A DNA stretch of 64,000 nucleotides from Octopus bimaculoides (lineage: Eukaryota), in NCBI RefSeq assembly GCF_001194135.2, contig NC_068982.1, forward strand, positions 130,891,218 to 130,955,217, given 5' to 3'. The notes beneath the pieces are model-generated. The model saw only the letters and a list, made by a program, of their open reading frames with translations. It was not told the DNA's origin and searched no databases. This document shows positions 25,291 through 36,945 of the stretch, piece after piece. Numbering within the stretch: position 1 is the stretch's first letter; every line of letters starts with the position of its first letter. Position numbers and translations under genes: made by a program.

Positions 25291-25411
25291 GTATGTATTG
25301 AAGTCCTAATCAATATATAACAAATCTTGTACATATTTAAATAAAACCAGTTACATGGCATGCACGAGTTTTGTGAACTTGTCTGCTTATATATATATAT
25401 ATATATATATA

Positions 25412-25735
25412 TAAGGATTCTATCCCACATCGATCTTCGCAGGATTCTACCTAAGGACTTATGCTCTTGTTTCTACAACATCGGAAAGATGAACTTTTAC
25501 GCTTCTTTTTTTCTTTTCTCTCTTCATCTCGTTATTCCTTTACTCCCATCCTCTATGTTGTCGCCTCATTGATATATACCGTTCTCATTTTCCCTATTTG
25601 TCTCTGATGACGGAAGATCCCATACTCATGGATATTCCAGAAACAGCTGTAAGAGCTTCCATTTTTTCCAGTAATAATAACGTATACGACTTGAGATGTT
25701 TGTCTTACCTTAACGTTTGTTATCCTCTTTAATAA
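25412..25735 (+). mobile_element. Short Penelope-like terminal-repeat module between two (AT)n tracts
   Basis: About 320 bp bounded by (AT)n on both sides and carrying a hammerhead motif; no ORF. Confidence 0.5.
25601..25654 (+). ncRNA. Putative minimal type I hammerhead ribozyme
   Basis: UCU / CUGAUGA / C-GGAAGAUCC...GGAUAUUCC-A / GAAA / palindromic CAGCUG / UA / AGA. Confidence 0.65.
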
Positions 25736-25738
25736 TTA

Positions 25739-25777
<39 letters not shown>

Positions 25778-26394
25778 CAATTAAAATAAACGAACACATA
25801 ATTGATTCCGTTTCTATAGGTTTACGATTGTTGTTGTTACTCCCTCTCATATGTTCTGCTGCTGGTCTGCTTCCACAACGGCGAGATAGAAATTCGCTGA
25901 GGCTACAGTAGAAAGCACTTGTTCAAGGGCCGCTCTGTTAGATTGAAGCAGGAACCACGTAGTTGCGATAAAAAAATTTTAATGCCACGGACTTTTCCTG
26001 TACCTTATATAAAATTTGGCAGTCGGGGTGATGCAGCAAACTCTCTTTTAGGCACAAAATTATTAAATATCAATTCGTTGTTTAAAAAGTTTGTCTAAAC
26101 AACTGGCATTTCTCTTTGTTTATGCCGAATGTATTTGATGGAGTATATATTCTGACGGAAATATATAGTAGTAGGGGGTATAATATTTGTCTCATAGGGT
26201 ATGTATTTTATATAATATATATACCAGTGGGAATATATCTTGCATTATACTTCAGTATATCATTATGTACTGCGATTGAGAAGTCCCTGTAGTATTTATG
26301 ATATATTTTTAGTTTTTATTTTGTTATATTTTAGTTTTGATATATTTTCAAACTATATCTGGTACCTTGCTACGAATACATACACACATATGTA

Positions 26395-26560
26395 GTTAAA
26401 ATTTATAGAAAGACCAAAGACGAAGACGTGTGTATGAACAACAAACAAGTGTATTAGTCTGACGCTCGGCAAAAATGAAAAAAGTATTTTATGTTTCGAG
26501 TCTACGCTCTTCAAGAGAAAGGAATAAGAAAAAATATACAGAGAGAATGAAAATCACTCA
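26395..26560 (-). mobile_element. Penelope-like terminal-repeat fragment with a degenerate hammerhead
   Basis: Minus strand reads CCUUU-CUCUUGA-A-GAGC-GUAG-ACUC-GAAA-CA-UA-AAA; same family as 36825-36892. Confidence 0.45.
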
Positions 26561-27459
26561 TAGATTTCAGCGGTCCAGCATGGCGAATGATTGGGGAAAA
26601 AAAACAGATTGAAAGGAAAGGAGATAATTAAAAAAAAAGTTGAATGAAAAGGATATAATAAAGTGCTAGTGATCTCAAGAGAAGGTGCACGTGATATATT
26701 ATACATTTACAAAATGATGTCATTGTCAAAAGCTAGAATAATGTCGATTGTCCCCAAAATAGCAGAATATAACACGATTCCTATTCGGTTGATCTGATAA
26801 ATCTAATTCAGCTGGTCGGAGTGATCCAAGGAACTGGCTGTATTAATAGGACAGTAGAGCAGCTTTCCTGGAATCTCCGCGCCCTAGTAATCAGTAATCA
26901 ACGAATGGACCGAAGACAGAAGTTTTGATAGATACAGTGGGAAGAAAGATGAAAGTTGTGATGATGTGATAAGAAATGTAAGTAACAGAGAGAGAAGGGG
27001 AAGCGAGACATGTATTCGAAAGCTTGATTGACCCAGTTGTAAGCCTGTTCATGTAAATGTTAAAAGGGATTTTTAATCAGCCAGTATAATCTGTGACGGC
27101 GAGGTTTCTTAGCTTCATTAACGAGTTCAAATGTAACCGTAGCTTTATATTTCAGGCAGATGTCCACTACTAGATACACAATACGCAAACAAACCATTGA
27201 AGTTGTTTCTACAAATGAAAAGATTGTAGAAGTTACCAACTCGTATGTAAAGTGTTTGGTTGTTTCTTTTTGCATTTTTTTTTTTTTTCTAATTCAAGTT
27301 TCGAATCTTGAAATACATTAAAAGGTCATTAATTATCCCTACGATGGGCTTCTTCAAAAATTCTAGCTACCTGTTAGTGGTAAACCAATGTCATGAATTC
27401 CTACAGAATACATCGCTTCCATATCATTCTTCTTACTTAATTCGTTGCATTTTAACGAG

Positions 27460-27469
27460 NNNNNNNNNN
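27460..27469. other. Assembly gap
   Basis: Run of N. Confidence 1.
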
Positions 27470-27705
27470 TGTATGTGTGTATCTTTGTTTCTGTATTTAT
27501 GTCCTTCCCCACCATCGCTTGACGACCGATGTTGGTGTGTTCATGTCCCCGTAACCTAGCGGTTCGGCAAAACAGACCAATGAAATAAGTACCAGGCTTA
27601 AAAAGAAGTTCTGGGATCGATTTCTTCGACTTAAAAAAAAAGAAAAACAACTTTAAGGCGCTGTCCCAGCATGGCTGCAGTCAATTGACAGAAACAAGTG
27701 AAAGA
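27470..27705 (+). mobile_element. SINE family B, 3' half
   Basis: CCCCGTAACCTAGCGGTTCGGCAAAAC...GCTGTCCCAGCATGGCTGCAGTC...GAAACAAGTGAAAG. Confidence 0.88.
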
Positions 27706-27984
27706 ATATGTGAACACGTACTGTCAACCTGACGGGCGCTTCTACAGTTTTAGTAACCTATCTTCACCAATAAGAAATCGAGTCCGGATCCCCTTAAGGA
27801 GTTTCTACAATCATTACGTAATTGTGAACCAGGTTTCTTAAATATATGGTCATAATGGTGATCAATTAATAAGGTCTGGAAATAGTCAGTACCTGATGTA
27901 GGTGAAATGGTTGTATCGATAATCCAATTAATAGCACAACCTTGACTTATGTGGAATATATAATTCCCTTTTGACCCTTGTACA

Positions 27985-28390
27985 TTCTTTTCTACTCTAG
28001 GCACAAGGCCCGAAATTTGGCGGGAGGGGGCCAGTCGATTTAATCGACCCCAGTATGCAATTGGTACTTAATTTATCGACTCTGAAAGGATGAAAAGCAA
28101 AGTCAACCTCGGCGGAATTTGAACTCAGAACAAAAAGACAGACAAAATAACGCTAATCATTTTGCCCGTCATGCTAAAGTTTCTGCAAGTTCGGCCCACT
28201 GGGGGCTAAACATAGAGGAGACAAACAAGGGCAGACAAAGGAATTAAATGGATAACATCGAACCACTGCGTAACTGGTACTTATTTAATCGATCCAGAAA
28301 GGATGAAAGGCAAAGTCGACCTCGGCAGATTTTAAACTCAGAACGTGACGGCAGACGAAATACCGCTAACGATTCTGCAGCTTGCCGCCA
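27985..28390 (-). mobile_element. SINE family A pair: standard tail (27985-28191) plus alternative tail (28192-28390)
   Basis: The second copy carries CCCACTGGGGGCTAAACATAGAGGAGACAAACAAGGGCAG in place of the CTACTCTAGGCACAAGGCC tail. Confidence 0.88.
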
Positions 28391-29179
28391 TTTGAACCTT
28401 GTATATTATAGTAGTATATACTGTCAAAGAAATTCCATACTTTCAAGTCGTCATTCAGGTATCAAACCTGGTAAAATATAATTTTAAAACGCTTTAGCAA
28501 AGTTATTTTAAACAGTTTCAATACATGGTATATTCGAAAGGGATTAAGTTGGTGCATCATTCTAGGACCCGGAGGGCCAATTAGGGGCCCACTACCTACG
28601 AGCTCCTTCCCACTTCTTCATAATGCAAAAAAAATTCAGTTTTCACGAATTTTTAGATGATTTTCTTCCATTCGGAAACATTTTTATTCCCCATTATCAC
28701 GCCTTGCTAAATTTCTCTCGGAGGACCTGTTTAATGATATCAAATAATATAACTTCCTTTTAATATTGCTACCAATGAGATTTATATTTATGTCTTAGTT
28801 ACTCAAAAGAATATAAAATCTGTAGAAATGAAACTCGATCCTGTCTCAGTGGTATTTGTGAATCATAAACATTTTGAAGAATTGGCAACTCGAGAGCTAA
28901 ATTCCTGTTCTACAAGTGATCGCCATATTTATATTAACAATTATTAGACTGACATATGGCCAATATAAAATCAAATCGAACCATTATATAACTTGTAGTT
29001 ATTTTATCGAAATAAAAAAAGAATTACATCTAAGCAAGCAGAAGGATGAAATTGTATACTGGAAGTATACTGCTGAAGTTTTATATTGTAAGTGTACTGT
29101 AAGGCACCTTGTGCAGCTTCTGCTAGTTCACTGCCATTTTATGGAACGCGATTTTATGGACATGCTGAAATGTTTGTGG

Positions 29180-29260
29180 AGATGCATGGCTTAGTGGTTA
29201 GAGCAGTTCGATTCATGATTGTAAGATTGAAGTTTCGGTTCCGATGGTCTAGTGTAGTTC
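29180..29260 (+). mobile_element. Isolated tRNA-like SINE head (family C-like)
   Basis: GCATGGCTTAGTGGTTAGAGC...GATTGTAAG...GTTTCGGTTCCG. Confidence 0.4.
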
Positions 29261-29289
29261 TGGCGATACGGCCAATAATAATAATGATT

Positions 29290-30221
29290 ATACCATAGGT
29301 ACAAAGCTTGCAGTTTGGAGTGAGAAGGCTAGTCGACCACATAGACCCTAGTGCTTAGCTGGTACTTGTCGAACCGAAAAGAGGAAAGGCAAAGTCGACC
29401 CCGGCGGAATTTGAACACAGAACGTAAAGACGGATGAAATACTAATAAGTATTTTGTCCGGCATGCTACCGATTCTGTCAGCTATCCGCCTTAACAACAA
29501 CAATAATAACAACAATAATAATGTTTTGACATTTTGGTACAAGATCACCAGTTTTGGAGGAGGGCCTAAGTTGATTACATCGACCTCAGTGCTTAACTAG
29601 TTCTTATTTTATCGACCCTGGAGAAGATGAATGGCAAAGTCAATCCTGGTCAAATTTGAAGTCGGAATTTAAAGACGGACGAAATGCCGCTAAGCATTTT
29701 GTCCGGTGTGCCAACATTTCTGCCAGCTCGCTGCTTTAAGAACAACAATATCAATAACAATAATCCTTTCTATTATAGGCACAAAGCCTGAAATTTGGGG
29801 AGAGGGGGCTACTCCATTGCATCGTCCCCCTTGTCCGACTGGTACTTATTTTATCAACCCCGAAAGGATTGTAGGCAAAGTCGACACCAGCAGAATTTGA
29901 ACTCGAATTAAAAGCGGAAGAAATATCGCTAAGCATTTTGTCCGGCGTGCAAACTATTATTTCTTTATTACCCACAAAGGGCTAAACATAGAGGAGACAA
30001 ACAAGGATAAACGAAGGTATTAAGTCGACCCCAGTGAGTAACTGGTACTTAACTTATCGACCTCGAAAGGATGAAAGGCAAAGTCGACCTCAGCGGAATT
30101 TGAACTCAGAATGTAACGGCAGACGAAATACCACTAAGCATTTCGCCCGGCGTGCTAACGTTTCTGTCAGCTCGCCACCTTAACATCATCAACAACAACA
30201 ACAAAAATAATGGTAATAATA

Positions 30222-30254
<33 letters not shown>

Positions 30255-30455
30255 CCTTTACAAGACGTGAAATTTTGGGGAGGAGTATAGTTGATTACAT
30301 CGATCCCAGTACTCACCTGGTACTTATTCTACGGACCTCGAAAGGATAAAAGGCAAAGTCGACTTCGGCAGAATTTGAACTCAGAACGTAAAGACGGACG
30401 AAATATTTAGCGGCATTTCGTCCTGCGTGCTAACGATTCTGTCAACTTACCTCCT
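29290..30455 (-). mobile_element. Array of five head-to-tail SINE family A copies separated by (AAC/AAT)n
   Basis: Copies at about 29290-29492, 29530-29738, 29765-29957, 29963-30181 (alternative tail) and 30255-30455; they differ clearly from one another. Confidence 0.92.
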
Positions 30456-31512
30456 TAACAAAAACAGCAACTGCAGCAGCAACATCAATTATAAAAATAA
30501 TAATAATGATGATGAAATGGATGAATAAATAAAGGGATAAATAAATACTTAGGAGTTTTTGTTTTTTATGACGAAGTAATAAATATTAAAATACTGAGTG
30601 AAAGCCATATTACGTGGTTCGTCATCCATAACGTATTCAGTTCAAAAACATTTAAAAATCTAGTAGTCTAAATCATAATTATTTTTTTTTTTAATTGGAA
30701 TAAACGAAGCTCAAATGATATGTAGCAGATGTAGACATCATTCGATTCCGTGACGTAAACCGGATATTTTGCTTAATTATATGTACGTTTCTTATTGGTC
30801 ATCATGGGATGGTGATTTCATCGAATGAGTGTATATTTTAAAATGTTCTATATATTAAAAAAGAAACAAGTGGTAGGGGTGTGATTGAATATTAACAAGT
30901 AATATATTGTTGTATCGTTAACCATTGACGTATGTTAGGTACCTAACCATCCCTGGATGGTAGATCATATTCTTCAATAACGAAAATGGTATTTAACAGA
31001 GATTGCGGCAGATATAGCAATTTTGCTTAATCTATATGTTGTAGCGTGCGAAATGCCAAACAAGTTAACAATAAATTAGTTGTTTATCGGTCTGAATCAA
31101 CCTCTTTATTCCTCCCTGCTCACCCGATAAAATCATCATTTGACGTCCACTCATAAATTTGTATGGTACGGTCATACGATTCTTACATCCGGTTTATGTT
31201 GCCGAATCGAGTTATGTTTACTTGTGTTTAGCGAACAGTATCCCCTAGTCTGTTTTTATACCGTAGAACTATCCGCTGAGTATTTGCAAGTTGAACCAAA
31301 AAATACTTTCTTCGGAATCCTATCATTGCTCATTCGTGAAACAGTGGTTTCAATTGAGCCCTGATCAGGAAGGCTTCAATACCAGGATATGTGAGTACGT
31401 GTATCTATACATAGGTATGGATATAGTTACTTTAAACAATCTTTTACGTACTGATATCAGTTACTTTAAACAATCTTTTTTTATATCAAAAATTTTGAAG
31501 AAATAGAAGTTA

Positions 31513-31708
31513 TTCTTTTCTACTCTAAACACAAAGCCCGAAATTTGAGGGGAGGGAGCCAGTCGATTAGATCGATCCCTGTCTGCAACTGGTACTTTAT
31601 CGACCCCGAAAGGATGAAAAGCAAAGTTGACCTCGGCGGAGTTTGAAATCAGAACGTAAAGACAGACGAAATACCGCGAAGCATTTCGCCCGGCGTACTA
31701 ACGTTTCT
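31513..31708 (-). mobile_element. SINE family A, lacking about 16 nt at the 5' end
   Basis: TTCTTTTCTACTCT...GAAAGGATGAAAAGCAAAGTTGACCTCGGCGGAG...CGTACTAACGTTTCT. Confidence 0.9.
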
Positions 31709-31886
31709 AATATTTTAATTACCCACTACAGAGCGAACATAGAGGAGACAATATACATGTGGGGGACATACAAACAGAGAAAAAAAATTAGAACCTACGT
31801 ATGGAAAAATGACATGAAAAGTGAAATAAAAAATGGAATGAAGCCACTCTGCCCCACTTCATAGCAGCTTCATTTATACTTCTTAA
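31709..31886 (-). mobile_element. Probable LINE 3' end sharing its tail with the alternative-tail SINE subfamily
   Basis: ATTACCCACTACAGAGCGAACATAGAGGAGACAA matches the alternative tail but continues into non-SINE sequence (minus frame LRSINEAAMKWGRVASF) up to the gap. Confidence 0.5.
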
Positions 31887-32653
31887 NNNNNNNNNNNNNN
31901 NNNNNNNNNNNNNNNNNNNNNNNNNNNNNNNNNNNNNNNNNNNNNNNNNNNNNNNNNNNNNNNNNNNNNNNNNNNNNNNNNNNNNNNNNNNNNNNNNNNN
32001 NNNNNNNNNNNNNNNNNNNNNNNNNNNNNNNNNNNNNNNNNNNNNNNNNNNNNNNNNNNNNNNNNNNNNNNNNNNNNNNNNNNNNNNNNNNNNNNNNNNN
32101 NNNNNNNNNNNNNNNNNNNNNNNNNNNNNNNNNNNNNNNNNNNNNNNNNNNNNNNNNNNNNNNNNNNNNNNNNNNNNNNNNNNNNNNNNNNNNNNNNNNN
32201 NNNNNNNNNNNNNNNNNNNNNNNNNNNNNNNNNNNNNNNNNNNNNNNNNNNNNNNNNNNNNNNNNNNNNNNNNNNNNNNNNNNNNNNNNNNNNNNNNNNN
32301 NNNNNNNNNNNNNNNNNNNNNNNNNNNNNNNNNNNNNNNNNNNNNNNNNNNNNNNNNNNNNNNNNNNNNNNNNNNNNNNNNNNNNNNNNNNNNNNNNNNN
32401 NNNNNNNNNNNNNNNNNNNNNNNNNNNNNNNNNNNNNNNNNNNNNNNNNNNNNNNNNNNNNNNNNNNNNNNNNNNNNNNNNNNNNNNNNNNNNNNNNNNN
32501 NNNNNNNNNNNNNNNNNNNNNNNNNNNNNNNNNNNNNNNNNNNNNNNNNNNNNNNNNNNNNNNNNNNNNNNNNNNNNNNNNNNNNNNNNNNNNNNNNNNN
32601 NNNNNNNNNNNNNNNNNNNNNNNNNNNNNNNNNNNNNNNNNNNNNNNNNNNNN
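31887..32653. other. Assembly gap
   Basis: Run of N. Confidence 1.
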
Positions 32654-33014
32654 AGCACCTCTCGCAAATTACTCAATTTCATGCCATATTGGCCCTTCTC
32701 CACTTCCGTGGTCATGACATCAATTTTTCCTTTAATTATTGAAAATGTCTTGTATAAAATTGTTCTTTTTTAGATATTATTAAGCGTCTCTTGCGGTGTG
32801 TGTGGGGAGACAATTTAACGTCAAATCCATCCCGATTTAATAAAGCTTTATAATTTTCAAATTCACCAATATTAATATCATTTTCCTGGCACTTTGCCAG
32901 GTCCGCAAAGTTTCTCCTTTCTTCATTTAATTTTTCTTCCATTCTCTTGACCGTTTTCAAAAATTCTTCCTTTGAAGACGACATATCTGAAAAGCTAAAG
33001 TCTCCTTCAGACAT
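32654..33014 (-). pseudogene. Charged, coiled-coil-like ORF (one frameshift) running into the gap; probably a retroelement ORF1 N-terminus
   Basis: MSEGDFSFSDMSSSKEEFLKTVKRMEEKLNEERRNFADL...QFYTRHF / IIKGKIDVMTTEVEKGQYGMKLSNLREV; no motif recognised. Confidence 0.4.
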
Positions 33015-33389
33015 CTTTTTCACAAAGCCGACTCTCCCCTATGAGGAGGGGAAGTACAAACAAATCGCTGCAAAGCAGTACAAAAACAATCAATCGACGT
33101 GTCCAAAACACCGAAACAAAATAAACGATGTTAACACGGCTTCAGACTTGTCTAGAGTTCGAACCTTGTTTGCTTGCGCCATAAGGTTAGTTATTGTGTT
33201 TAAAAATTTGCTGTTATTGTTATATTTATGTTTGTTTTCCCGTAATGGAAATAATGTTGTATTATTGTAATCACATTTGTGTGAACTGTGACCCTCGCTC
33301 TTTGCGGAAAGGAATACTTTTGAACTGTGATTCCGTTTTTGGAAATTGTGAAATTTTTCTCCGTGATACGAAATTGTTTAATTGTAAAA

Positions 33390-34340
33390 ATGTGTTCAAT
33401 GGAAGAAAAGTCAAAAATGAATTTTGCGGCGGCCGTCGGCGGCCGAGAGCAGATTAATTTGAAAGTGGAAGAAATCCAAGCTTTTTTTGGCATGATTTCA
33501 GAAAAAGACGGCGAGTCTAAGATAACACCACCTAGCGAACTGCAAAATAAAATAAAAGAAAGGACAATAATTTACAAAACATATAACATGGAATCCAAGA
33601 GATTCGAGCACTTGGAGGAGAGCTCCATAGAAAAATGCCTCGGTGCGACTATGAGCCAAATAAAATATTTAACCAGAGGAACAAGATTCGCCACGATAGA
33701 AGCAAGGTTCGAATCGACAGAGCGAGCGAAAGAATATTCGACTAGAACCTTGCAAAGTGGCAATATTCTATTACTGCCGTTATATCTGGGACGTAAGACG
33801 ACCCGGATAAAGATTAAAATCATTCCCCCAGAGGTAGAGGTAGGCTGGATCGTGGCCACCCCACTCTTTAAATGAGAAGAAAAAAAGAAAAATTATACAA
33901 ATCACAAGAGACGGTCCTCAAACCTGGCGGGACCAGACCCTCGAAATCCTGGCCCAAGCCACAACGAACGACTTGGAGGAGCTGCCAGAAACAATAACAA
34001 TGGAGGACATAAGCTTCCCGATACATGTGAAAGGCAGAAGGCCACGCTGCTTTGAGTGTGGTAAAAAAAAGGACACATTAAAGAAAAGTGTCCGGAAAGC
34101 AAGAAGACTGACCAGTCTAACTCTACCCACTCCAAGGTAGATGATCCCCAGGAGGGATCATCGAAAAACCAAAATGAACCAAAAAAAATTACAACACTTA
34201 TAGGACCAAAAAAAGGTGCACCCCTAACTACAACCAAAAAGACATCTACTAAAGAGGATGAATTCTCGGCCACGGAGGCCGTTACCAGGAGTTCATCCAA
34301 CCAAGAGGCGGCACCAGGAGTTCATCCAACCAAGAGGCGG
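33390..34340 (+). mobile_element. Tx1/L1-like LINE ORF1 (gag-like, CCHC zinc knuckle), disrupted and 3'-truncated
   Basis: MNFAAAV start, 182-aa open segment, stop, then ...HVKGRRPRCFECGKK(fs)GHIKEKCP (CX2CX4HX4C at about 34048-34090). It ends in a 29-bp tandem duplication (34284-34340) with no ORF2. Confidence 0.75.
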
Positions 34341-34577
34341 AAAATTAAGGTCGATAACTTTTTAATATCAAAAACATTTTCTTTTTTTATGTCTGTCACT
34401 GATTTGTCACTGTTCAATATTTCACTGCATTTCAATACATTGCTGGAAAGACAATATTTTATACACCACATTCATTGCAAATCTTCAATGAAACTAATAA
34501 GTCCAAATACTCAATCTCTTAAAAGTATTAGTCAAACACAAAACTGTGAAAGGTAATCAAAATCCGACATGGCCCTA

Positions 34578-34770
34578 ATAATTTCTTCCTACTATAGGCA
34601 CAAGACTTGGAATTTGGTGGGAGAGGCTTAATTGATAGCATCGACCCTAGTACTTCACTACTTATTTTATCGACGCTGAAAAGATGAATGGCATAGATGA
34701 CCTCGGCAAAAATTGAATTCAGAACGTAAAGCAGGAAGAAATGCCGTTCAACGTTTTGTCAGGCAACGCG
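34578..34770 (-). mobile_element. SINE family A, decayed
   Basis: TTCTTCCTACTATAGGCACAAG...GATGACCTCGGC...GAATTCAGAACG. Confidence 0.8.
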
Positions 34771-35959
34771 ACCATAAATACGTAATAAAGAGTGATAAAT
34801 TTGACACATGATCACAAATTCATAGGAGTTATTGTTAATGCATTATGAATATCTATCTATCTATCTATCTTTATGTGTAAGTGTTTGATTGTATGTATGT
34901 ATGTATATATGTATACATAAACACACAAGGTTATACATTTGCAAACACATCATATATACATACTTAAGTATACTTATATATATGTGTGTATTGACGCTTT
35001 AACGTCAGTAGCTGTCAGCGTTACTACCAATAGTATCATAATATGGCTTATATCATATTTAACTTCGTATTTCACAACTAATTCATCTTGGTTCCGAGCC
35101 AAAGGAGTTCTTCACCCATTTTCCCCGAGACCACACGATAAATAATATTGCTGGAAAACATATTGGTGAATTATTCTATTTTGGTTGAAATTTTAGAAAA
35201 CTCTCCAAAATGTGGAATCAAAAGAATTTCGCAGACTGAAATAGAAATAGCAATAACTCACCAATGAGACTTAAAATACCAAACCTGGCATAATTGGTAA
35301 ATTATATCAATATCAGGTTAATTTTAGCTACTTGTCAAAAACGAAATTCGCTCAGTGTAACGAAAGTGTAATTAGGTGCAAAGTATTTTTCCATTACATA
35401 TTAATGTTTTCCAAGGAAAACAGATATGAAGAGAACTTGCTAAGTAATTCAGAAAATGAACATAGTAACTAAGTACTAGAATTCATAATGTATTAAATTT
35501 AGATGATAAAGAAAGCAATGGTTTCTTTCTATTTAATGAAGGAGCTGGACGAGTTGCGAAGAGGTCAAATTACCTATCTTAGTACTACATTCAATTCCCG
35601 TGTTGCCACTCTCATCCGTGAAGTTAGGATTAGGACATCACATCTCAGAAAGGATTTTCAGGGGGTGAATAGCCTGAAGCAACCAATTCACTGGTAGTTC
35701 TTCGTGGTATCAAATTGTTTTAGTAGAGAGAAGTTATCCAGCAGCGCGTGAATGTATGAACAGTGCACATCACACGTCTTTATATGCAATCATGTATAAG
35801 TATATCAACATCTATAAATATGGCTCAGTGTCTACGTGTGTGTATGTACATATGTCAATATATATGTATATGTATATATATATGTGTGTGTGTGTATGTG
35901 TGTGTGTGTGTATATATATGATATATAACGATATATAAATATATATAACTTTTTCACGT

Positions 35960-36402
35960 TACCGATTTGAACTTTGAGACGGATCTGACTCGACGGTTGC
36001 TTTCAGTTTTGTCATTATCAACCTATGGTTCTGGTCGACCGCGTAGCTCATTTGTGAAGTCAAAGTTACCAGAACAAATTTTTGCAAACCAATTTGATAC
36101 TGTCTGCTGTGTAATAATATTAGAATGAAATACTCCATTAATATTCCGAGCTGTCTGTGATGCTGTATTTCCAAGAAAGTCCTCATATTTCAAAACTGTA
36201 CGCATTTCCAACTTATCCATCTCTAAACAAAAATAACAAAAATCGATTTATAAATACTATATAAAGCGCAAAATGAGTTAGAATAAAGAAATAAATGTGT
36301 CAGCTTTCAAACAAAAAAATAAATACTGTCAAAATATAATGCTGCAGAATGAGCATGTCGAAGTTTACCATATACTTTACTACAAATTTCATACTTGACG
36401 AC
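35960..36402 (-). mobile_element. Mariner 5' end with transposase N-terminus (HTH region)
   Basis: MDKLEMRTVLKYE...ASQTARNINGVF...QTVSNWFAKICSGNFDFTNELRGRPEP / DNDKLKATVESDPSQ. Confidence 0.85.
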
Positions 36403-36453
36403 AGACACACACATATATATGTGTGTGTGTGTCAGTGTTTGTGTCTTAATTTT

Positions 36454-36488
<35 letters not shown>

Positions 36489-36824
36489 GTGCGTGTGTAT
36501 TAATTTCGTTAAGTTCAGTTATAATAAAAATTATTGTACATTAATAAGAAGGGTTAGTAGGTTACTCCATACTTTTGTAGACTTCAAATCTGTATTTTTT
36601 GACAAAAATAGTATAGGTTGAACAAAACTTCGAAGTCACTATCAATAATATCATTGCAAAAGAATTATATATATGGATGCCGTCACAAGCAGGTTAAATT
36701 GGTCTGGGTTGTACCACGCTCTCACTAAGAGTGCTGCATATGTGAAGGTTAGTGAGTGTGCATATGTTTGTGTCAATGTGTGTGCGTGTGTGTGTGTGTG
36801 TATATATATATAGAGAGAGAGAGA

Positions 36825-36892
36825 GAATGTATCAGCCTAACGCTCGGGAGGTGAAAAGTCCTTAACGTTTCGAGCCAACGCTCTTCCACTGT
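36825..36892 (-). mobile_element. Penelope-like terminal fragment ending inside a hammerhead core at (GT)n
   Basis: Minus strand reads CAGUGGA-A-GAGC-GUUG-GCUC-GAAA-CG-UUA-AGGAC. Confidence 0.5.
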
Positions 36893-36904
36893 GTGTGTGT
36901 GTGG

Positions 36905-36945
36905 NNNNNNNNNNNNNNNNNNNNNNNNNNNNNNNNNNNNNNNNN
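36905..36945. other. Assembly gap inside a (GT)n tract
   Basis: Run of N. Confidence 1.

Noticed and set aside
29290-30455. Repeat-spacer-like array (CRISPR-like appearance)
   Set aside because: Units are about 200-bp diverged SINEs separated by simple-repeat tails; there are no constant short repeats with unique spacers and no cas genes, and the context is eukaryotic.
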